A stretch of 63,951 nt of DNA, the filler included, from Stramenopiles sp. TOSAG23-3 (taxonomy: Eukaryota): the NCBI GenBank assembly GCA_900128585.1. It is 4 parts of 4 records of this genome, joined end to end, with 100 filler letters (N's around TTAATTAATTAA, not from the genome) between each part and the next. Parts side by side here need not be neighbours in the genome. Positions count along the whole stretch, not along the records: positions 48,399 to 63,951 come from LT642517.1; 3 more parts are not named here. One strand, given 5' to 3'. The position numbers and the translations under genes are program-made. The notes below the pieces were generated by a model, which had not been told where the DNA came from, did no database searches, and saw only the letters and a list, made by a program, of their open reading frames with translations. This document shows positions 53,987 to 62,194 of this stretch, in pieces; position 1 is the first letter of the stretch, and each line of letters opens with the position of its first letter.

Positions 53987-56380
53987 ATGGCTTCATTTAA
54001 AGACGGTGGTCCGGCGTCGGCGAGGGACAGCGCCGAGGCCAGGGCGTCGGCGGCGGGGAGCGAGGACGTTTTGGATATTTTTGAGGGGCTTGTGCTCAAG
54101 GACGAGTCGGGGCAGAAACTTGGGAGGGAAGGAGAGCCCGGGGGGGACGATGGGCCGATGGTGTACCTTCCACCAGCGGTTATGGAGGAGGCGGCGGCTA
54201 TGAAACAGGCGCCCCGCTCGAGCTACTGGTTGAAAGCAGTCGCGATTGTACATTTTGATATAAAGTTTGGGCAGCGCGTGGAGACCATCGTCCCAGCAAA
54301 CGCGTGCAACGAGGAGGAGAAGAAACGGATTGCGCTACTGTCCCTGCCGGACTCTTACAGCGGTCACGACGGCAACATGTTGTTTTCCTTCCGTGTGCGG
54401 ACGAACCCAGAGTCCTACACCGAGACGAGCGACCGCACCTTTCTGCACGGGCACGCGTTTTTCACCAGGGAGAAGGACCCAGGCGCGGCGCGGGGGTTTC
54501 ACCAGCGCGCCGTGGTGTACCTGACGGACAAGCCCTACGCTGCACTCTATAGAACGCTCGCAGAAGTCACGGGCCCCCTCTACTTTGAGTTCGGAGAAGG
54601 CATGCTGGACACGATCGTCATGGACGTTGCTGCGTGGCCAAAGCCGGTCCCGGGCACCAAAATGAAATTCCCCATCGCGGGGACGACCCTGTCCTACCGC
54701 GTCCCATTTTTGCACGAAGCCCTCGTGGAAGAGACCATATCCCGGAGCAAGAGCAACCCGCCGTCTCCGGCCAGAAAGCCCAAGCCGAAGCAAGCCTTGG
54801 GCATTCAAAGGTCCGCGTCTGTTGAGTCCGGGGGCGAGTTTCTGGGACCGCCAGAAATAAATCGCATCAAGCGTGGCGCGTCTGCCCCGGTCGGCAGGGA
54901 GGCGGGCGGCAAGCCTTCCTCGACGTCCCCGGCCATCAAGTCCATCTACGACGTGTTCGACATTTCCGGGCAGGACCGGAGCGGGCTCTTTCAGTCTGTT
55001 GGCTTGTACAGCACGTTTGGCCCCGCGCTGTCGCCGTCGATGTGGCAAATTTGGGAGCTGCTGATCTGCGGGGAGTCGTTGATGGTGTACGCGCCCACCC
55101 CGGACCTGTGCAGCCGGGCAGTCTTCGCCCTGGTCAGTTTGCTCGGCCCGTTCCCATTTGCTGGCGACTTTAGGCCCTATTTCACGATTTACGACTGCGA
55201 CTTCAACGCTTTCGCCGAATCGATACAGTCGGATGGTGGTGGCAGCAGAAAGGCGAAGGGCGCTCGCTCGCTCCCACTAGTTTTGGGGGTCACCAACCCG
55301 TTTTTTTTGAAGAGCTTTGAAAAGTGGCCCAACATTCTGTCCCTCGGGCAAGGCTCCAACAACGTGCACCTGCACAAAAAAGTCATCAAGCCCACGACGT
55401 GGGGCCGGTCAAAAGCCCTTCAAAAGGCTGCCGAAGCGAACGGGGTGCCGTATTTTCTTGTCTCTCGAAACGCGATTCTCCCCAGCAATGGGGCGGTCGT
55501 ACGGCAGTTGCTTCCCGTTCGTAGCAACGCGGAAGCGCCGCATCAAGGGGGTGCTCACGACGACGGCGCCTACTCCATCAAAAGGGTAAATTCCATCCCG
55601 TGCGTGTTTGAGCGAAGGGGGAACGACGCGAACGCTAGTGGCGAGACGACCCTGGACGGAAAGGTAGGCATTCAAGCCTGCCCCGAAGACGCCATCAACA
55701 ACGCCTTGCTTAGACAACATTTCCGGAACCTCACAGAACAATTTTTGAGACCTTTCGACCAATTATTTGGTATCCCGACTGCCCAGGAAGGCAACGGGGG
55801 CCCTGCCTCTAAAAGCGAAGATCGGTTCGTGATGTTAGGCTTCGGCCCCTACTCTCGGGTAAACTTGCCGGCGTTTGATCAAGCAAGTTTCATGAAAGGG
55901 ATCAAGTTGAACGGTATGCCTCGGGCGTTTCAGATATTGGGTATGAAATCAAAATGGATTCACTTGTACGATAGATTTATTTCGTCTGCGCACTTTATGC
56001 CATGGCTCCAGAGCCGGCAGCACGCGCACCGGGCGCATCTTATTGCGACCACGCGTGCACTGCGGGCAGATTTGAAAGCAAAGGATTTAGTGAGAAGCAC
56101 CGCACCTACGTTGTACGATATGGTGCGATCGCGACAGAGCGGGAAGAAGGCCGTTCCGAAGCGTGAAATAGATTCCCTTTCTGCCATGCTGGACAACATC
56201 AAGCAGGCGATCGAGAAGGAAATGGAAGACATCAGCGGGGGAGACGGCGACGAAGCACTCCTAGAGAAAATGTGGGAGCACTTTTTTGCCGTCAGGGCAA
56301 TATTGCCAGATAGGTTCGCATCGGCAGGATCCAAAGCTTTTGGTGAAAACCGATCCCAAAAAAATGGGGATTATATTTGA
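53987..56380 (+). CDS. DENND6/FAM116-like DENN-domain Rab GEF
   Basis: IVHFDIKFGQ.VE, LSLPDS, RGFHQRAVV, WELLICGE, DFRPYFTIYD, LGVTNPFF.K, LRQHF..LT..FL.P and LY.RFI.S..F..WL. Confidence 0.88.
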   Translation: MASFKDGGPASARDSAEARASAAGSEDVLDIFEGLVLKDESGQKLGREGEPGGDDGPMVYLPPAVMEEAAAMKQAPRSSYWLKAVAIVHFDIKFGQRVETIVPANACNEEEKKRIALLSLPDSYSGHDGNMLFSFRVRTNPESYTETSDRTFLHGHAFFTREKDPGAARGFHQRAVVYLTDKPYAALYRTLAEVTGPLYFEFGEGMLDTIVMDVAAWPKPVPGTKMKFPIAGTTLSYRVPFLHEALVEETISRSKSNPPSPARKPKPKQALGIQRSASVESGGEFLGPPEINRIKRGASAPVGREAGGKPSSTSPAIKSIYDVFDISGQDRSGLFQSVGLYSTFGPALSPSMWQIWELLICGESLMVYAPTPDLCSRAVFALVSLLGPFPFAGDFRPYFTIYDCDFNAFAESIQSDGGGSRKAKGARSLPLVLGVTNPFFLKSFEKWPNILSLGQGSNNVHLHKKVIKPTTWGRSKALQKAAEANGVPYFLVSRNAILPSNGAVVRQLLPVRSNAEAPHQGGAHDDGAYSIKRVNSIPCVFERRGNDANASGETTLDGKVGIQACPEDAINNALLRQHFRNLTEQFLRPFDQLFGIPTAQEGNGGPASKSEDRFVMLGFGPYSRVNLPAFDQASFMKGIKLNGMPRAFQILGMKSKWIHLYDRFISSAHFMPWLQSRQHAHRAHLIATTRALRADLKAKDLVRSTAPTLYDMVRSRQSGKKAVPKREIDSLSAMLDNIKQAIEKEMEDISGGDGDEALLEKMWEHFFAVRAILPDRFASAGSKAFGENRSQKNGDYI

Positions 56381-56749
56381 AACCATCGGCTGATGCACGT
56401 GCTTAGTATTTAATTACTTTGTAAAAAGTATGTACAAACTTCTATTATGTTCAAATAATACTAGTTTGATACTTTAATTCGGTGCGTCATCCTTTTTTTA
56501 GTAATGCTGTCTTCCTATTGATGTGGTTAATTAAAAAAACCAAAATTTGTGCCGACGAAAGCCGAATAGTTTTTTTACTAGTCCGTTCTAAATAATATAA
56601 GCCCACCACCATATTTATAATAGTCTCCTCAAACAAAATACTCAACAACAGCCCTTGCCCAAATACAAGTTTATTGGACGACTAATAATAGCGCTATGTT
56701 AATGTTATTCAGAGTCGAATATTTACAAAAAAATTATACTACCCTGGTG

Positions 56750-56823
56750 GTTCCAAAAGAATGATACACAATGATTTGTTCCAAAAGAATGATACACAAT
56801 GTTTGTTCCAAAAGAATGATACA
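56750..56823 (+). repeat. Minisatellite, three copies of a 27-28-bp unit (core GTTCCAAAAGAATGATACA)
   Basis: Read directly. Confidence 0.9.
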
Positions 56824-56921
56824 TATTTTAATTTTCGAGTCTTGATTCTTTTGAATGTGTACATTATCGTAATATCCGAATACATATTGTGTACGGAACC
56901 CCTGTGACGACGTGATTAATA

Positions 56922-58094
56922 ATGGCAACTTCAACGCACTCCTACACGGTCCAACCGATAGAGAACTCTGTGACAGAGGTAGGTTCTTTGGAAGAGAATG
57001 TGCGAGAGATAAACAGTTTAGAAGAGCTTCCTTACTATTTAAAGTGTACCGTCAAAATTTTGTCGAGTAAGGGAACCATGCGCATCGCAATCGTATTGGT
57101 ATTCTTTGTGCACGTACATACTTTTTTCTTTATGTCACAACTGACAGGGAGCGTTGGTGCGGGCGGGGCCCTTGCGTTTTCGTTTGCCTTGGGTCACCTA
57201 TGCGATTTTTTACCTCTTCCAGATTTTTCGAAAGGCTTTTTCTTGGACATCCTTCTGTCCAATAGAGCCACAGCGAAAAAGCTAAACAACGAGATTAAAA
57301 TAGGTATTATTGGAGGTGTGATTTTTATGATGATTATGGTCATACCGCTGTTTTCTATATTCTTGACGTACCCATTTTCCCAGGGCGATCTTCTCGGGCC
57401 AAATACGTTTGTTATAACCCTAGTTGGTTTTATCGTGTCGTATCCGTGCGGCCTTATTACAAATTTATTCTCTGGTGGGGTAATGCTGATGCCAGGCTTG
57501 ACACCGCTTTGGAAAAAAAAAGTAAGGACATACGTGAAGAAAGTTCGAGATATTTTGGTTTCGAACGTGACTAATGTTGAATCAATCGTTGATCAACTAT
57601 CAAAAGAACAGGAGAAAATCAATTCCTTCGCACGACAAATGTCCAAGGGATTAAATATGTTTTACTCTGTCCACATAGTTACAGCAATTTGGTGGGCTTC
57701 TGTGGCTGCTTTTTTTATTGCAACTCCAACAACCACAACAACGTCTCGGATTGGTGTATTGGTGGGTTTTTCTGCCATTCTTTTCATGTGCATGGTATGG
57801 ATGTGGAGCACTTTGAGGGGGGTTTCTAAGCCTAACTTGATTTGGGAAGAAGCCATCTTGGAGTTCTTATCAGACGCTAAAATCCAGCATGCCAAGGTAA
57901 ACAAATTAGGTTGGTCCTCATCGATATTTAATGAGTGGATTGGTAGTCACGAATGCAAAGGGTTAACGGCCTTTGGCACGCATATTACGTCAGCAATTGT
58001 TATGAAAGGATTTTCTGCATTTGCATCTGTCTTTACGGTTGGACTTTATTTTGTAGCGAGAGAAGAATTAAGAGAGATTTTGCAGGGGGCGTAA
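56922..58094 (+). CDS. Multi-pass (~7 TM) membrane protein, possibly gustatory-receptor-like/DUF3537 (7TMIC)
   Basis: About seven hydrophobic segments, long helical loops after TM4 and TM6, and C-terminal KGLTAFGTHITSAIVMKGFSAFASVFTVGLYF. The gene is well supported but the family call is tentative. Confidence 0.65.
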   Translation: MATSTHSYTVQPIENSVTEVGSLEENVREINSLEELPYYLKCTVKILSSKGTMRIAIVLVFFVHVHTFFFMSQLTGSVGAGGALAFSFALGHLCDFLPLPDFSKGFFLDILLSNRATAKKLNNEIKIGIIGGVIFMMIMVIPLFSIFLTYPFSQGDLLGPNTFVITLVGFIVSYPCGLITNLFSGGVMLMPGLTPLWKKKVRTYVKKVRDILVSNVTNVESIVDQLSKEQEKINSFARQMSKGLNMFYSVHIVTAIWWASVAAFFIATPTTTTTSRIGVLVGFSAILFMCMVWMWSTLRGVSKPNLIWEEAILEFLSDAKIQHAKVNKLGWSSSIFNEWIGSHECKGLTAFGTHITSAIVMKGFSAFASVFTVGLYFVAREELREILQGA

Positions 58095-58168
58095 AGAGTG
58101 TGCGTGCGTGCGCGCGCGCGCACGGGGGAGGGGCACGTACAATCGTGTAAAGATATGAGATAAATAAT

Positions 58169-58288
58169 TAAACAAGAAAATTGGCTGTTATTTAAGTAAT
58201 TAAAAAAATATATAAAATTATAAAATAGCCATTTTTTTGTTTCTAAAGATTAATCATTTACCTAAATAACAGCCAATTTTCTTGTTTA
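58169..58288. mobile_element. 120-bp MITE-like element with perfect 26-bp inverted repeats
   Basis: taaacaagaaaattggctgttattta (58169-58194) and taaataacagccaattttcttgttta (58263-58288). Confidence 0.7.
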
Positions 58289-58442
58289 GATTAATCATTT
58301 GTTTTATTATATTCTTAGTAAAAATCTTGTTTTACTCGTCCCGCGTATATTTTCTCTCAACCAAAATACTTTTCGTAAATAGAGTCCATGTGTTCTTGCA
58401 TTTTTCTTACAGTTTACTTCTCTCTCCCTCTAGACCTCCTCA

Positions 58443-59735
58443 TCACTTGCGCGGCATGCAAATGTGGGCATTGTGGGTACTGCACAACCATTCAATCAAG
58501 GGCTCGTACGTGTTACTTCCCGTAACCGAGCCGACGTCGCCCATAAACAACCACACGCTGAGGGCGATGAGATTGTATCGCTTGTCAACGTTGTTGTCAA
58601 TGAAGCGAGTGCTCGTGCCGTAAACTGCCCCGTTTGCAAAGAAAATAAGAAACATTCCGATGGGGGCCAAAATAGCAATTTTGCTGATGCACAGCAGTGC
58701 GCCGGTAATACTTAATATGATGTACTGCAACGGATGCCTTGGTTTTGCCCAGTAGGCGAACTTTCGAGAAATGGTGTCCCCGCAGAAAGTGAACGAGTTG
58801 TTTATCGCGAAGAACCAGTCATGGCTGAACAGCAACGTCCCAGCACCAAATAGGGGCACCAGCCCGGTGCCCGCAGCCCCATCGTTGTAGATGTACAGCA
58901 ACGCCGCGCTAAAGAAAGAAACGCAGTACATATCGACCAGCAATGCCAAACCATTGAATTTGATTTTCGGAAACCATTCGCGCCATTGCTTCAAATTGGC
59001 AATGAACTCCCCGGCGTTCACGGAATTGTTTTTGATCGGTACGTTCGGGATGCGAAAGAAATAAATCATCGATCCCACACCGACCAGTGCGCACACAAAA
59101 AGGTACAGAGAGATCAGGGGAGCCCCAAGGGCTTGCGCGGCAAACCCAACGATAGAAATCACATTGAACCCGACGGGCATCCCGGATATCGCCCAAACCT
59201 TGGTATTGTGACCAAGGGGCGTAATGGATGAAATGAAGTTTGGCCCAAACGTGCCAATTCCCATGCCACCAAGGAAATACGACAAGTATATCCAGCCCAG
59301 CCAGTGGTGCTTGAAAATCACGACCACGAACGAGATAATGCACATTGCGGTGGCAATCGAGATCAATGAAACATAAACACGCTGACGTGGCGACAGACCA
59401 CTGAACACAAAGTTGTGCGCGATGCGAAACACCATGTTGCCAATGTAGTTGAAGCTACAGGCGTGTTGGAAGCTCACCTTGGCCGCTTTTAGCTCGTCGC
59501 CTGTCAGCTTCGTATCCTCAAAATACCTACCAGCAAGCTTGTGCTGCAGAACAACCATGGCAGCGTACGCAGAAAAGACTGCCATTGCAACTATTATGGC
59601 CTCCGAGTAAGTTTTCTCTTCACCCCCCTCATTCTTCCCATCTTCCTCCGCAACACCGTTCGAGGAGTTGATCAGACCTTCCTCTTTTTGCGTTTCCAAG
59701 AGCGGGTATTCCGCGTCGTCGTCTCGTTTATTCAT
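58443..59735 (-). CDS. CLN3/battenin-like MFS-type membrane protein
   Basis: About 11 TM segments, GMGIGTFGPNF, and C-terminal ANGAVY.T....I...V......ALS...MGDVGS resembling the battenin end. Acidic N-terminal tail with EYPLL. Confidence 0.65.
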   Translation of the reverse strand: MNKRDDDAEYPLLETQKEEGLINSSNGVAEEDGKNEGGEEKTYSEAIIVAMAVFSAYAAMVVLQHKLAGRYFEDTKLTGDELKAAKVSFQHACSFNYIGNMVFRIAHNFVFSGLSPRQRVYVSLISIATAMCIISFVVVIFKHHWLGWIYLSYFLGGMGIGTFGPNFISSITPLGHNTKVWAISGMPVGFNVISIVGFAAQALGAPLISLYLFVCALVGVGSMIYFFRIPNVPIKNNSVNAGEFIANLKQWREWFPKIKFNGLALLVDMYCVSFFSAALLYIYNDGAAGTGLVPLFGAGTLLFSHDWFFAINNSFTFCGDTISRKFAYWAKPRHPLQYIILSITGALLCISKIAILAPIGMFLIFFANGAVYGTSTRFIDNNVDKRYNLIALSVWLFMGDVGSVTGSNTYEPLIEWLCSTHNAHICMPRK

Positions 59736-60466
59736 AACTGGAAGTATATAAGTAGTTATAGTTCTTGTTTCATACAATTGATATTGTCTACAAAATAAGA
59801 AATGTACATATGGACAACGACATTAATTGTGAAACCAGGAGACTGAAAAGCATACATAAACAAACAATCAATCAGTCATTCATTGAATAAACAATTAAAA
59901 GTTTCCTTCTTCGTACATCCTACCGTACGGGTACCTGGTATAATACGTATAATACCACCCGTAGAATACTGTAGGTAGAATAATTCTTTCACTTTCTTCT
60001 TCTTCTTCTTTCTTCTATGATACTATTAATACTATTTTTTATTATATAGTAATAATAGCTCTAATAATAAAAAAATATTACTATTCTGTACAATTATTAT
60101 TATTTTAAAAATTCCTTCTTCCTCCTTCTTCTTCCTCCTCCTCCTCCTCACTCCGTCGTGTTATTATTCCCAAGGAGGGGGGGGACGGACGGACTTTTTT
60201 TTTAAATTTATTTTATCAACAAATAACAAAACAACAACCTTCTTCTTCTTTCGTAAATAATTTACTAAAAAAATAGTATTGTCCTTGTCCGAAAAATGCC
60301 CCCTTCTTTTCCTTATTATTTCCAAGCAAATGTGCCTACGTCTGATATTTCCTTCGCTTTCACCTTTGGTCTTTCTTTCATTCTATCATTGTATTTTATA
60401 AAGTGACCACCTCTATTAAAGTAAGGGACGGACGGCGGGGGACTTTGCACTCTGCAGTAATATACG

Positions 60467-61870
60467 ATGAGTGGCTTCGCTGGACTGTCCGCTGCCTCAA
60501 ATGGCGTGGCCGTTTCTATTCCTACCTTAGAAATGAAGTCTAGCAGGGACATTAAGAACAAGGAAGTGCTGTACGTAGCATATACCATTGAAGTGCAGCG
60601 GGGGGAAGACTCCTGGAGAATCCCTCGTCGTTTTCAAGACTTTCGGTCGTTGCACAAAGGCCTGAGCGAAAGTTACAAGGTTAAAGATTTCCCAGAACTT
60701 CCAACTCGGGGAATAATGCGCTTTGGAAAGAGCAAGTTTGACCCGAAGTTTACCTTGGAGAGAAGGGGATTGTTAGAGGTTTTTTTGCAGACCGCAGTGA
60801 TGAGGTTCGGGGTGGAAGACTGCGCCGAGTTAGATGATTTTTTGGAGTATTCGGAGCATATGATTTTCTTTTCGTAAGTGCCCCCTCCCCCCACCTTTCT
60901 TACGTTCGCGCGTCGACTCATTTCTAACCTTTTTTCTTTCTTTTACAACAGGATCGACAAACTAGCGGCAATTGATGGGATGCAAGATATCATTTCGAAT
61001 TTGAAGCATATATCGGAGACGGACATGCAAGTCGCTGCGTTTAAGAGCCATTCCGATGGATCGGTGGGGGAGGGCAGTGGAACAAATGCAGAGCAGGGGG
61101 CCCCGGGTGAAGATAGAGCGACATCAAAGCAATACCAGCTTCGGCGTAGCCGGACAAATTCAGTAGTAATCGAAAACGTCCTCGAGCAAACGGCGAAAGA
61201 ATTGAGGGTGACCATCCACCGAATGGATAGTATGAGGGAAGACATGATTGCAGGGATAAATGCAAAAAGCACTGTTGTCGAAATGTTAAAAAAACAGCTA
61301 GAAGACGAGCAAGTACGCTCGAAAAAAATACGAATGAAACAGGATTCCGAGCGCGGAATTATTCAGAAAAAGTTAGAAGAACTGCAGTCACATACCAAAA
61401 AGTTGCAGAGGGAGAAGAAACTTCTCGTCGCAGATGTCAAATTAAGCAATCAAAAGTTAGAAGCACTGGAAGCGGAACGAGAGCATTCAAAAAGGCTGTA
61501 CGAAAGCAAAATAAACGATTATAATGCGCTTGAAGCTGCTTTAAAGAAAGAGAACGACGATTCGAGCAATCAATCTGTCAAAGAAGGTTCAGATGCCACA
61601 AAGACGCTAGCCAAAGGAACGATCGAAAGGCTGCATTCCTTGCCAGAGTTTAAGTTCCCTTCGACTCTGGACGCCCCAGAAGAAGTAAAGCAACTTGAAG
61701 AAGCCATTGAATATATAAAGTCGTGGAAAAGCGCCGGAGTTAGAATAACAGAAAATAATGATGGCACCGTCCACGCCCCCATGGTGAAAAAATTAGAAGA
61801 CCTTATCACCGACAACTTGAACTTACGGAACGCATTGTATCAAGAGCGGTTGTCGTGTTTGCTGCCTTAA
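60467..61870 (+). CDS. PX-domain + coiled-coil protein. Exons 60467-60873 and 60952-61870.
   Basis: PX: YVAYTIEV...W.IPRRFQDFRSLH..L...FPELP...ERRGLLEVFLQ. A 78-nt GTAAGT..TTCTAAC..ACAG intron joins IFFS|IDKL in frame. Confidence 0.88.
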
Positions 61871-61984
61871 TGCGTACTTAGCACCGCGAAGAGGAGCACT
61901 ACCTCGCAGTCCATCTCGGCGTCTTTAAATAAAATCTTGTCTCGTAAATTTATATATTTTAAAAAACAAATTAAATTATATAAT

Positions 61985-62105
61985 TTGTTTTTTAATATAG
62001 TATGCTGAAAGACTCTCATTTTTATTTAAAAAACAAACAAATTATTACGACTCTCATTTCATCAATTACAATTTCAGTTCCAACCCTAATCCTAACTTGT
62101 TTAAA
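61985..62105. repeat. Degenerate copy of the convergent-intergenic repeat (atatagtatg..aagactctcatttt and ccaaccctaatcctaacttg modules)
   Basis: Matches the modules at 50350-50420 and 21561-21580. Confidence 0.7.
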
Positions 62106-62194
62106 AAATTAAATTATCTCTTGTTTTTTGAATTATCATAGTAGTAATGTTAGCTTTCACCTTTAATTGATGAAACTTTTACAGTTCGTCTTGA

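Noticed and set aside
56750-56823. Three GTTCCAAAAGAATGATACA repeats resembling a mini CRISPR array
   Set aside because: The spacers are only 8-9 nt and nearly identical, there are no cas genes and the context is eukaryotic. It is a minisatellite.
24127-61870. Apparent endolysosomal gene cluster (GNPTAB, SLC35F6, DENND6, CLN3, PX)
   Set aside because: The genes sit on three unlinked scaffolds. Only DENND6, CLN3 and PX are truly adjacent, which is compatible with chance.
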